A stretch of DNA of 62,668 nt, the filler included, from Vannella sp. (Eukaryota): assembly GCA_023345925.1 (NCBI GenBank). It is 7 parts of 7 records of this genome, joined end to end, with 100 filler letters (N's around TTAATTAATTAA, not from the genome) between each part and the next. Parts side by side here need not be neighbours in the genome. Positions count along the whole stretch, not along the records: positions 1 to 9,046 come from JAJQQN010000103.1; positions 9,147 to 17,928 come from JAJQQN010000473.1; 5 more parts are not named here. The stretch is one strand, 5' to 3'. Made by a program: the position numbers and the translations under genes. Positions 1-10,092 of the stretch are shown here, in pieces. Numbering within the stretch: position 1 is the stretch's first letter; every line of letters begins with the position of its first letter. The notes below the pieces were generated by a model that worked only from the letters and a program-made list of their open reading frames with translations, did no database searches and had not been told where the DNA came from.

Positions 1-92
1 CAAAACACATAAAAAGTTCATTGGTAAAGGTCCCGATCGAATGTAGAGGTACTTTTCAACCATGGCCAGGGGACGTGGTTGATCTGGGCTGT
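1..92 (-). repeat. Dispersed non-coding repeat, copy 1 (cut by the window start)
   Basis: The reverse complement aligns to 37528-37653, e.g. TTGAAAAGTACCTCTA..TCGATCGG.ACCTTTACCA..AACTTTTTATG. Confidence 0.85.
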
Positions 93-206
93 GAACTCTC
101 TCCTCATTCAAGAAGTTGGTCATCTCTTCCACCGTCTCATAAAACCTCTTCTTTATATATTTGTGAGAACAGTTTTGACTTTGACTTTGCATTTCCTGGG
201 CTTTTG

Positions 207-1940
207 ATGGTCTCGGCGGTAGGAACGGGCTTCTAGTGGCGGGTGGAGGCTAATGAAGGTAGATTGCGGTAGCCGTGCTGGTGCTGGTCGGGATCATCGC
301 CATCATGGCCTTGGGAGGCGCTTTCCTCTTGTTCCTGCACATCCGAAGGTCGATCTCCCTCTCCCTCTCGTTACTTGGGGATCCAGCTGACTCATGGGGA
401 AGAAAGAAGCAACAGGAATACGTCCGCATTGCTATTGAGAAGAGTCTGAACCGGCAGGTCGTGATGGGGCCCACATTGAGCGAGAAGCGAGGTCGGATTA
501 CCCGTTCTCTTCTTCGCTTGGCCACGTTGCTGACTCTGATGGGCAGAGGATGCACTCATGAATGCTCGCTTCTACTTACGCAACTCATCCTTCGAGTTGC
601 AAGGCCCTTTATGGAACTTGGGGAGCTGCGAGAACAAGTTTCACTTCCTCGTGAAAGGAAAGCGAGATGGGAAGCCACACATCCTCACCTTGGTAAGCTA
701 TCTCTGATAGGTCCCTCACTACAAGATCTGATGCCCAGGGGATGCGTCAATGCAGCAAAAGAAGGGAGAGCAAAGCCGCCTCCCGCTGACCAACTTGTCC
801 GTCCGCCAGAACGTTACGAGCTTGCTCATGGAGCTAAAGCATCCTTACGTCCTCCGAACTATTGAGAGTGACTTCCTCCAGGGCCAGAAAGTCGTTCTTC
901 TCACTGTCCGACCCTTCTCGGCCAAGAAAGGATCCCTCCGCGACCTTATCTTCAAGACTAAGCCTGACAAGACGCACACCACCAAGTACCTCGACCCCAA
1001 CAAGACAGGGCGACCTCTGGAGCTGAAGAATGTCCGCCAATTCGGTCGCCAGGTGCTCGAGGTAGGCGATCCCTCTCTTGATCTTGATCTGGCAGCTCAG
1101 TGGGAGGTGCCAGGCGCTTCACTTTTTGCAGATGCATGGATACCCGTATCCTGATCTTCATTGCGGCAACGTGATCGTAGTAGATGGGGTGTGCAAGCTC
1201 ACAGACTACGAAAAGGTTCTTTTGGGGCAGCCAGCTCGCTATCGGGAGTTCACTGAAGACCAAACTCAGACCAGGGACTTTGGATGTCTTCTCTTTGAGA
1301 TGGCCTGTGGCTTCGAGCCCACAAAGAGAGATATTAAGTTCCCTCCTGCTTCAATGCCGTCCCAGGTGGGAGAAGTCATCCAGAAGATCTATTTTGATGG
1401 ATCCTCTCTGACGTTGGATGACCTCATCGGCCATCCATTCTTCGATGTGGTCCCGAAGGGGTTGACTCCGGAGTCTGGGGATTCAGTAAGATGCTTCTAA
1501 TGACCAGACTTCTTCCGTTTTCTGATGAATGAGGACGGCAGACCGATATCAAGTCTGTTCAGAAGGGAATGTTAACTGCCTTGCAATCGGGAGAGGGTCC
1601 TATAAGTCCCACTTTTTTGAAAACTGGGAAGAAAGGAAGCCGACCTCCGGCTGAAGTGCCTCAGAAGCCTACACCACCGACCGCTCCCACCACTGTCTCA
1701 TCGTACGTATTTTGGAACAGCTCTTGTCTCCTTCTGATCCTTTGCAGTGCCCCAGCTCCTCCCCCGCCACCTCCAAAAGACTTTGGACCAGTAAGCTCAT
1801 CAGCTGCCCCAACCGGCAATGTTCCAAAGCTATCATCAGAAAGAAGCTCTTTGCTAGCTGATATTCGAAAGTCTGGAGGACCTTCTGCAAAGCTACGAAA
1901 GACAGAGGCCGTTCGCGACCGCAGCCAGCCCAAACTTTAA
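207..1940 (+). CDS. Slob/PXK-like pseudokinase with N-terminal transmembrane helix and C-terminal WH2 motif (multi-exon)
   Basis: Spliced model MVSA|IAVAVLVLVGIIAIMALGGAFLLFL (intron 219-262). PXK-like segments KGSLRDLIFK, FGRQVLE-ALHFL, YPDLHCGNV and LTDYE. A poly-Pro tract is followed by the WH2 motif RSSLLADIRKSG..KLRKT. Confidence 0.8.
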
Positions 1941-2014
1941 TCTGCAAAGATACAATTGGGGCCTTCCAGATTCATTTGGATACTAGGAAACTGCAATTAG
2001 AATCCAATAGACGT

Positions 2015-4702
2015 TTATTGGAAGGTATTTGAGGAGTATTGGTGGGTAATGGTGAGTAAAACACTCAATAAGAGAAGTGCCAAGTCAACAAACAACACGA
2101 AAGCACTTTCCATGAGGAATTTGGGAGCAAATACACGCCAAACCATTAAATGGCGCCGTTCCATATAGACAAACGCGACTGTCAGAATGAGATGCCAACT
2201 GAAGAACACTTTGATTCGAAGGAAAGCGGCCAGGAAGTAGTCTGTTGGACCTGATATGAACATGGGGACACTTAAAATGACAAATAGAGGGGCTGCAAAC
2301 GTGTGAAGGACCATCAATACGAAGCCAGCAGTCCAATTGAAGTCCTCAAATCCAACGAATGCGCATTCAAATTGAAGCGTAGAGAGTTGCCAGTGTCTTC
2401 CAGCAGCAAAGAAGAATTGGAGGCTCATTAAACTGAGGATGAATGCCTCTCCTGCAGAAAGATATGGATTACCGTGCGCTCTTCTTGTGACGGAAAGGAA
2501 AAGCAGAACTTGCACTATCAGACCTAAAAGAGCCAGCGACCCTACTGCACCCATCAGGATTGCCAATGAACTCCAGAGTGTTGTTAACAAGCTGAAGCTG
2601 ACTCCACAGTTCGTAGGATTGATGCTATGCATGGAAATATGAAGAAAAGGATGAAAAGAAGTCAGGGACCGCCCTCGGATGTCCAGAAGGGTCAGAGCTA
2701 ATTGAATTGCTCCCAGAAGATAAACCAGCCTTGGAATGCCTTCGTGAAGCAGCTGCATAGACTCCTGGAAATGGTAGCTCTTGACCACCCAGTAGACACA
2801 AGTGAGACACACTTGAGAGAGTTGCATTCTTTGGAACATCAATTGACCATTCCGAAAGCAAGCAACCGAATGAAGCAGAGTTATGCCAACCATTAAAGGC
2901 GCAAACAAGTATAAAGCCTCCAGAGTCATCTCCATCATTGTCTCATGCGAACTGAAAGATTCCTGCCGAGTGGACATACCCAAACTACTTATCTTGACAA
3001 TGAAAAGGATGGCAGTCGTCATAAGAGCAACTGGCCAATCTACGCGAGATTGAGAGACAAGAGAAGGAAGCAAGTACAAGGAGAAACTTCCGGCCAGCAA
3101 GAAGCCAACCACTTTCTCATCCATTTCAATGTAAGAATTGCTGAATTGTCCATAACCGTGGAGAATCAAACAGAGAAGCATCCAAAAGTTCATCCAAAAG
3201 CCAATAGGATAAGAGACTGTGAAAGAAGCCAACTCAAAGTGAGGAAGGGACCTCAGAACTACGAATGAGATGAGGAGAACGGAGAATAACAACACAGCGA
3301 TGCCTAACTGCATATGGAATAGATTAAAGTGAGCCCATTGCTCTCGGCACATGTCTGCTAAGTCTCGTAGAAGGTTCTGGTACTGAATAGCAATAGAGCA
3401 CAACTTTTCTGTCTCACCCCCATTTTCACCAGCAAGTAAAAGAGCCTCCACTTCAGTCGAAAGGCCAGCGAGCTTTGAGTGGAAGTGTTGGATGGAAGAA
3501 ATAGGGAACTGAGAAGACTGAGTCGAATAGTATTCCAAATATTGAATCACTTGGAATGCGTTCAACTGATACATCCTCAACAGCTCCAAGACATGTCTTA
3601 TCTCTTCCATTGCAGCACATTGTGAGATTTCCTTGCCAAGAAACAGATCCGGAATGATTGCTCCCAAACTTCCAAAAGGAATAGGAATCCCTGTTAGCAG
3701 AGAAATCGTTGGCACCAAGTCAATTTGGCTGACTCTAGGAAAGTCCTTAGAGGTTTCCCGCATACCGGGATCGTCTTGGTAGAGAGGTTTGCCTTTGGTG
3801 TAAAGGAATAACGCACTTTCCGTCTCTTCTTCTGTTGCACCACCATGATTTCCCTCTTCTGTCATCCCGTGGTCACCCATAATCATGAGCAGAGTATCTT
3901 CGTCCATCTTATCTATCAATTGGCGGATGACGTCGTCTAATTGCCGCAGTTTTGCAGTCATGGCGGGGTGCCTTGGTCCATAACGGTGCCCCACATGATC
4001 GACGCCAAGGAAATGGGCAATCAGAACATCCCATCCTCTTTCTACTTCATCAGGAAGGTGGTCAATCACGCCATTGTCCACTGTGTGGAGGTCTTTGGCA
4101 TTGAAAGAAGGATAGTCCCACACTGAATTCCACTTTTCTCGGGGAAAGAGCTGAATCCAAGTGTCATCCCCCATGAATGCTAGTGACTTGTTCTGTGTGT
4201 GCCATTGGTCTATAAGATTGTCCTCTTTGACCGTGCTGGACTCGAATTTGACGTCGTTGATGTCGATGAAGGTGGGAATGGAACCCGTTGTTAGGGCCTT
4301 CAGGCGCTGCATGGTGACTGTAGGAGAGTCTGCTATGAATTGAAATAGGGCGCTATGCTGGCGCGTCGTGGGAGAGGACAAGAGGTCCTTGATCAGGGTG
4401 AAGTGCCCGTGATAGAACTCGTTCTGGCTTGTCTGATGCGGAGAGAGTACAAAGTCAAGTCGCAAGGCATCAATCATGATCCAAATCACCTTACGGAACT
4501 TTGGAGTGGCCCAGCAACCTCTGTCAGCCACAGTCTGCTGTAAACTTGGAGAGAACAAGTCAATGTTCCTCCCTCCCTCCGCACTCGTTGAGAGATGACA
4601 TCCCGTGGTATTCGTAACTTCTAATCGAGTGAGAAAGAACCCAGAACCATACAAGCCAACCCCAACAACATTCAGCACCAAAAGAACCAAGAGCACTCGC
4701 AT
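2015..4702 (-). CDS. PIGO: GPI ethanolamine phosphate transferase 3 (PIG-O/Gpi13)
   Basis: Motifs GFFLTR, IDALRLDF, PTVTMQRLKALTTGS, FMGDDTW, HFLGVDHVGH, MGDHGM, QIDLVPT and RRHLMVWRVFAPKF, plus a multi-TM C-terminal half. First ATG taken at 4702. Confidence 0.92.
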   Translation of the reverse strand: MRVLLVLLVLNVVGVGLYGSGFFLTRLEVTNTTGCHLSTSAEGGRNIDLFSPSLQQTVADRGCWATPKFRKVIWIMIDALRLDFVLSPHQTSQNEFYHGHFTLIKDLLSSPTTRQHSALFQFIADSPTVTMQRLKALTTGSIPTFIDINDVKFESSTVKEDNLIDQWHTQNKSLAFMGDDTWIQLFPREKWNSVWDYPSFNAKDLHTVDNGVIDHLPDEVERGWDVLIAHFLGVDHVGHRYGPRHPAMTAKLRQLDDVIRQLIDKMDEDTLLMIMGDHGMTEEGNHGGATEEETESALFLYTKGKPLYQDDPGMRETSKDFPRVSQIDLVPTISLLTGIPIPFGSLGAIIPDLFLGKEISQCAAMEEIRHVLELLRMYQLNAFQVIQYLEYYSTQSSQFPISSIQHFHSKLAGLSTEVEALLLAGENGGETEKLCSIAIQYQNLLRDLADMCREQWAHFNLFHMQLGIAVLLFSVLLISFVVLRSLPHFELASFTVSYPIGFWMNFWMLLCLILHGYGQFSNSYIEMDEKVVGFLLAGSFSLYLLPSLVSQSRVDWPVALMTTAILFIVKISSLGMSTRQESFSSHETMMEMTLEALYLFAPLMVGITLLHSVACFRNGQLMFQRMQLSQVCLTCVYWVVKSYHFQESMQLLHEGIPRLVYLLGAIQLALTLLDIRGRSLTSFHPFLHISMHSINPTNCGVSFSLLTTLWSSLAILMGAVGSLALLGLIVQVLLFLSVTRRAHGNPYLSAGEAFILSLMSLQFFFAAGRHWQLSTLQFECAFVGFEDFNWTAGFVLMVLHTFAAPLFVILSVPMFISGPTDYFLAAFLRIKVFFSWHLILTVAFVYMERRHLMVWRVFAPKFLMESAFVLFVDLALLLLSVLLTITHQYSSNTFQ

Positions 4703-5035
4703 CCACACCCAACCTGTCGACCAGAAGGCCTCAAGAAAATGACCCTAAACACTCCATAAATGCAGAGAAAACAAGAAATCATAAATGTAAGAGAACAATG
4801 ACCTCCAGCCCCCAAAACGCAACGCATTGCCCAACTTTGAGCAAAAACAAAGTTCAAATGGACTTGGGACTCGAATGAGTTGATTGTCCGTTCCAGACTT
4901 CCCAAACGCATCACTAGAAGGTGAAGGACTCGAGGACTCTACTACTCCCACTATTTCGCGGGCTATGACTTGATGGGAGACAGGTTTGGCGCAACTGACT
5001 TGCTGTGAGAGGAACTTCATTGGAAGTGAATTGGA

Positions 5036-8000
5036 TTAACTAGAAGCACCACGCCCTCGTGGTGCCCCTCGTTTGCGGGCACTCCGGAGTGCCATTGTAG
5101 TGCCGCGGGTAGCTGGAGCTTGGGCGGTCGTACGAGCAGCGGGAGTCGATGTTGTTCCTTGAGTGGCCGCGGGAGGGACAATAGGTGCCAAGACTTTCGC
5201 TATCACATCAGTAGCGGGAACTTTTCGTTTTTTGGCTAGTTGCGGGTTGGTTGCAGCAGCTTTAGGGCGTTCTATGGGTCCCCTCTTTCCAGTAAAAGTG
5301 CTCCCGGAAGGGGGAGCGATAATTGGTTGGAAGACAACTGGGGTTCGAATTGGGATATCCACAGAACGGGTTGGCGTTGTGTGGCCGGTAGTAGAGGCGC
5401 TTGGAACTGGTGCGGCCTGTAGAGGAACTGAATCTTCGATTGGAGTATTGTGGCCAGAAGGCGCTGGCTCATGGACCTCACCAAGCTCCTCTTCTTCATC
5501 ACACTCCCCCTCATCTTCTCCTTCTTCCTCCACGTTATCAACGGAGTCTTTAGAGGCTAAGCCAGCTTGCAAAGGAACTGCTTCTTCTATCGGGGTATTG
5601 TGACCAGACAATGATGCTGGTTCAGCCTGCTCTTCGACGATATCGTCTTCACTTAGAACTAGTAGTTCTCTTGCTGGAGACTCCTGGCCATCAGAAGTAT
5701 CCATCACATCACCTTCTTGAACAGTAGAGTTATCATCCTCCGTTTGAGCAGAGTCAGATTGAGACTCAGACACCAATAATAAAGCAGCTTGTTGTTCATA
5801 CTTGGCTTGCAATTCATTCAGATCGCTTCTGGCCTTAATTGCTGCTTTAGCATGTCTCTTCGCGAGATCGAGGTTCTTCTTTTTTTCGATCTCAGCTCCA
5901 GCTAAACTTGTCTCCATTTCTTTGACCTTCGTTGTGAGGGTCTCAGATTGGCTCTGAGAGATTGCAAGTGATTGACGGAGTTTCTGGAGATCCTCATTGA
6001 GAGCCTTGATTTGACTTTGAGACGTTGCCAGTGATTGACGCGCTTCGCTCAGTGCGTTGTTGACTTCTTGATTGACTGTGCGCAATCGAATTGCTTCTTC
6101 GGTATCCCTCTTAATAGTGTCAACCTCCCTCTTGAACTTGGCAGCCGCCCGTTTTACTCTCTTATTCTCCTCTGACACTGCCTTAATCTCTTCGCCACGT
6201 GATTGGTTCGAGTCCAGGAGAGTTAGAATCTCTTGAGCCTGGGAAGCTGATTTGGCGGTTGCCTCTTCGTATTTCCGCTTCCAGTCAGAATCTTCATCTA
6301 GAGAGGCCCGCACAGCAGAGGCATTCTTGAGTTTCTTCAGGAGTTGGTCGTGCTTGTGCTGCCAAGCCTCACTCTCGTTTCTCAAGTCTTCTAATGCAAG
6401 TGAAGAGCGGGTCTTCTCTCGTGTAAGGTACAAGATCATCTCCCTTAACTCAGTGATGGTGTCCTGGAGGTTGAGGGAATTACTATCGCCAACATCCTCG
6501 TGTGGCTGATCTGTCGCAATACCAGTGCGCAGGCTCTGCTCTTTTTGTAGGAGATGAGATCTGTCTACAAGCTGAGTAACCTTAGCAAGAAGTGTTTGAT
6601 TTTCTTCCTCAAGCTCCTTTGATCTGGAGAGTGCAGACTCTAACTGGCTCTCAAGGAGGGATGATTGTTCACCAGAGAGTCGGCGAACCTCTTCCAACTG
6701 TTTTGCCGTTTCTTGGATCTCTAATCGAAGCTTGCTGATCTCTGACTTTGATTGGGTCAGGCACTCAAGGTCCAAAGCGTGCAGTTTGAAGCGCTGGTCA
6801 TAGCCTTCCTGGGACAATAACAATTGTGCTTGGATGGCTTCTTTCTCCAAACGTATTTGAGAAGCAGCCTTACTTTGAGTGGCAATGGAGTCCAATGCCA
6901 GTCTCAGCTCTTCCTGTAAAGACTGAATTTGATCTGCGGCGGCTTCCTGGGGTTCTTCATCCACCTCCATAGCGGCGGATTTGAGATTTTCAAGCTCTCT
7001 TGACAGTTCATCAGCATGTTGAACGGCTTTTTGCTTCTCCTCTTCAAGTGATTGGATAACCGCCTTGAGTCTTTCCACTGTCTCGTCCCTTGAAATGATC
7101 TCCTCACTATGAGAATTGGCGAGCTCTTGGAACACTTGTGCCTGTGACGTAGCACGAGCCAGTTGGGTGTGGAGCTCTTGCAAGGTCCCACTCACGTCAT
7201 CTTCACCTGATTTCATAGATTTGGCGAGACGCTGCATTCCAGTTTCGTTTTTCTTCGCATACTCCTGAAGCTGTTGCACTTTCTGCTCCAACTGCGCGAT
7301 CTTCCGCTGCTTTGATTCAGTCAATTGGTTGAGTTGAGCAAAATCTGCCTTTGCTTTAGAAATTTCAGCTTTCAAGTCCACTTCAGCGGCACGGTACTCT
7401 TCCAAATCTGTCTTGTACTTGGCGTATGCCTCGTCTGTTTGGATCTGTAATGCAGTAAGTTCTTGTCTGGTCGTTTTGCACTCTTCTGTAAGGCGGAGCT
7501 CTCTATGCTGATGCGAGTCTCCCTGCGCCTTGCAGAGAGTTTGAACGCGGATGTGCGCTTGCTGCAATCGCTGAGTATCCGCACGGAGGCTCTCAAGGTC
7601 ACTCTTATAACGCTCATTCGTGGCACGAAGTCCATCTCGCTCTGTTTGAACCAATTCAAGTTCACCTTTGAGGTTGCGAAGCTCCTGTTGGATGGCTAAG
7701 CCACTTGAATCCCGCTGGCGCCCTTCCTCTTCAAACTTCAAGATCAAAGCTCGATGCTTTTCATCAGCTTCGGTCCGCCACAAGATTTCTTGCTCGAGTA
7801 CAACGTGTTGTCCCATGAGGCATTGATTCCGGTCTTGCAGTAAGTTGATACGGCTCTCCAATGATACGAACTTCTCAATGGAGTAGCTTTGCTGATATTC
7901 CCCGAGCTGAGTCTTGAGAGTGCTGGAGATTTGGAGAGCCAGTTTCTTCTGCGACATTAACTCCTCCTCAAGCTCCTTAACTCTTGCAGGAACATCTTCA

Positions 8001-9046
8001 TCAGACATTGCACCACTCTCTTCTGTTGAGGAGCGAGAGATAGTCCGCTGTCTTTCATACAACGTCTTGTAGCGTTCAGTCTCTATTTGATAGCGTTTGC
8101 TCTTCTCTATCTGCGCTTGCAACGACGCTGTAAGCTGACGAATCTCAAGCAGAGCTTTTTTGTACAAAAGATCAAATCCTTCGCTCTTGTACTGCTCGAG
8201 CTCACTCGACCGCCTTTGCAGTCGTTGGTTTACTTCCTGAAGCTCTTCTACTGTGCGATAAAGCTCCGTTTGGGTTGACTCATCTCCTGTGATCTCCATG
8301 ACATCGCTGTTTGCCTCTGTGGAGCTGCCTGATAGAAGAAGAGTCACTTGCTTGCGGAGAATATCAGCATCCTTTCGCAATGACTCAACTTGGTACTTGA
8401 GTTGCTGGTTCTCCTCCTTGAAACTCTCAGAGTGCTGAATAGAGCTCTTGACAAGTTGAGTCAGCTTCATCTTCTCCGCCTTAATTCGTTGGAACTGGCG
8501 CTTCTGTATCTGAAGAGTGGGTGCCTTTGTCTCAATCTCCTTCAAAATAGCAGAGAGATATGTGTTCAGCTGACGATTCTCCGACCGCTGCACTTGAAGT
8601 TGCCGAGAGGATTCTTCATACTTGTTCACCAAACTCATTAACATCGTCTGGCCCTCTGGTAACTCCGCAATGCCGCTGGGAATGATAGCACCTTGTTCAG
8701 TTGCATCCCCCTTGCAAAGAGATTGGTCCAATTGTTCCCTTAGTTGACGGACCTCATTGGCGTGAACGCTTTTCACTCGTTCTAGCTCAGCTTGGTGCTT
8801 CTTCTCTTCTTGCTTGAGGGCAGCTTGGACTGCTTGGAGCTGCTCCAATTCCTGCTCCAGTTCCTGATACAGATCAATGCGCTTCTGTTTGGTCTGCAAC
8901 TCTTTCTGGTGAGACTCTTCACTTCTTTGTAGCTCAGCTTGAAGACCGTGGATGGTCTCAAGCAGCCCGCTGTTCTCGTTGTTGAGAGCTTCGATCTGTT
9001 TCTTGCTGTCAAGGGTTATCCGTTCACTGGCGGCCAACTGCTGTTG
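5036..9046 (-). CDS. TPR: Nuclear basket coiled-coil protein TPR/Mlp1, 5'-truncated at the contig end
   Basis: Long coiled coil with TPR-typical motifs ILKEIETKAPTLQ, TVEELQEVNQRL, YDQRFKLHALDL and LREMILYLTREK. Acidic disordered tail with a basic NLS-like segment (AKKRK). Confidence 0.85.
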   Translation of the reverse strand, partial: QQQLAASERITLDSKKQIEALNNENSGLLETIHGLQAELQRSEESHQKELQTKQKRIDLYQELEQELEQLQAVQAALKQEEKKHQAELERVKSVHANEVRQLREQLDQSLCKGDATEQGAIIPSGIAELPEGQTMLMSLVNKYEESSRQLQVQRSENRQLNTYLSAILKEIETKAPTLQIQKRQFQRIKAEKMKLTQLVKSSIQHSESFKEENQQLKYQVESLRKDADILRKQVTLLLSGSSTEANSDVMEITGDESTQTELYRTVEELQEVNQRLQRRSSELEQYKSEGFDLLYKKALLEIRQLTASLQAQIEKSKRYQIETERYKTLYERQRTISRSSTEESGAMSDEDVPARVKELEEELMSQKKLALQISSTLKTQLGEYQQSYSIEKFVSLESRINLLQDRNQCLMGQHVVLEQEILWRTEADEKHRALILKFEEEGRQRDSSGLAIQQELRNLKGELELVQTERDGLRATNERYKSDLESLRADTQRLQQAHIRVQTLCKAQGDSHQHRELRLTEECKTTRQELTALQIQTDEAYAKYKTDLEEYRAAEVDLKAEISKAKADFAQLNQLTESKQRKIAQLEQKVQQLQEYAKKNETGMQRLAKSMKSGEDDVSGTLQELHTQLARATSQAQVFQELANSHSEEIISRDETVERLKAVIQSLEEEKQKAVQHADELSRELENLKSAAMEVDEEPQEAAADQIQSLQEELRLALDSIATQSKAASQIRLEKEAIQAQLLLSQEGYDQRFKLHALDLECLTQSKSEISKLRLEIQETAKQLEEVRRLSGEQSSLLESQLESALSRSKELEEENQTLLAKVTQLVDRSHLLQKEQSLRTGIATDQPHEDVGDSNSLNLQDTITELREMILYLTREKTRSSLALEDLRNESEAWQHKHDQLLKKLKNASAVRASLDEDSDWKRKYEEATAKSASQAQEILTLLDSNQSRGEEIKAVSEENKRVKRAAAKFKREVDTIKRDTEEAIRLRTVNQEVNNALSEARQSLATSQSQIKALNEDLQKLRQSLAISQSQSETLTTKVKEMETSLAGAEIEKKKNLDLAKRHAKAAIKARSDLNELQAKYEQQAALLLVSESQSDSAQTEDDNSTVQEGDVMDTSDGQESPARELLVLSEDDIVEEQAEPASLSGHNTPIEEAVPLQAGLASKDSVDNVEEEGEDEGECDEEEELGEVHEPAPSGHNTPIEDSVPLQAAPVPSASTTGHTTPTRSVDIPIRTPVVFQPIIAPPSGSTFTGKRGPIERPKAAATNPQLAKKRKVPATDVIAKVLAPIVPPAATQGTTSTPAARTTAQAPATRGTTMALRSARKRGAPRGRGASS

Positions 9047-9146
9047 NNNNNNNNNNNNNNNNNNNNNNNNNNNNNNNNNNNNNNNNNNNNTTAATTAATT
9101 AANNNNNNNNNNNNNNNNNNNNNNNNNNNNNNNNNNNNNNNNNNNN
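9047..9146. other. Artificial contig spacer
   Basis: N44-TTAATTAATTAA-N44, with stops in all six frames; identical at six positions. Confidence 0.99.
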
Positions 9147-9565
9147 TGGCTCCAGCACGGAGCAAAATTGATACAAGAAAGACATTCTCTCGATTCAGTA
9201 CCGCCAGATGAAGTGGAGAGCGTCCTTCTAGGTCCTGAAGATTTGGATTTGCGCCCTGTACCTTGTCAGCCCCTCCCTCGTGCCGTAGAAGAGAACCTTA
9301 CCTGCTGAAGGAGGAAGAAAGACCATGGTCGATGTCCCATACTGATAGCCCAATGAAGCGGTGTAGAACCACGAGCGTCCGCAAATGCCAAAGCGCTTTC
9401 CCACGCCTCCTTCGTCAATCCCCCTTCCACAACCTCCCGCTCCGCACGCAGACGCTGCAGCATCTCATCATCTCTCTTTTGCACTGCTTTCATCAACGAG
9501 GAACCCTCTCCACCACGAATATCCGCAACAAGCCGGTCCCAAACCGCATCGCCGCCCTCGGCCAT
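9147..9565 (-). CDS. Ankyrin-repeat protein, 3'-truncated
   Basis: GSTPLHWAISMGH in exon 1. After a GTAAGG...AG intron the frame reads GANPNLQDLEGRSPLHLAVLNRENVFLVSILLRAGA. Confidence 0.85.
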
Positions 9566-9645
9566 CCAAAAATAATGTAAAAAATGAGAAACAATTCAAA
9601 AGAGCTAATTTTGGAGGTTTTGGGCATTTGTTGTTGGCCTTGAGG

Positions 9646-10019
9646 ATGGGAGGGAAGCAGTATCCGTATCCTAAGTGGGTGTACGCGCCAGCAGGCGGCT
9701 GGTGGGGCCAAGGAAGTAACAAGAACGTACCTTTTAAGCTGGCGGCGTTCGGAGTGGTGGTGGGGATGGGCTGGGTCTTTATTTTCCGTGTCTCATCGAA
9801 CAATGAGGTGAGAAGGTCGTTTGGTGGGCTTCTCTTGTCTGGGGAACTGACTAGAGTGTGGCTTCTTAGAGGCGATCTATTCCTCTTCGTCCTATTCCTT
9901 CTCAACGTTGGGCAAAGCACACATTGGAGGATGACCCCGACTACCCTCAGAAGTTGAAGGACTACCACGCTAACAAGCCCTCCATTTGGTCCCGCATCAA
10001 GCCTGACGCTGCACACTAA
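9646..10019 (+). CDS. Small single-TM protein resembling the mitochondrial complex I accessory subunit NUUM
   Basis: MGGKQYPYPKWVYAPAGGWW plus a TM helix. Intron 9808-9869 restores the frame to RRSIPLRPIPSQRWAK...DAAH*. The YPxPKxVxxPAGGWW start is typical of this family (recalled, not searched). Confidence 0.7.
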
Positions 10020-10092
10020 TCACCTGTCTGTGATACCACCTCCAATAGAGCCCATAACCGCCCAGAACACCAGCGCAGGAGAGAGGAAGGGC

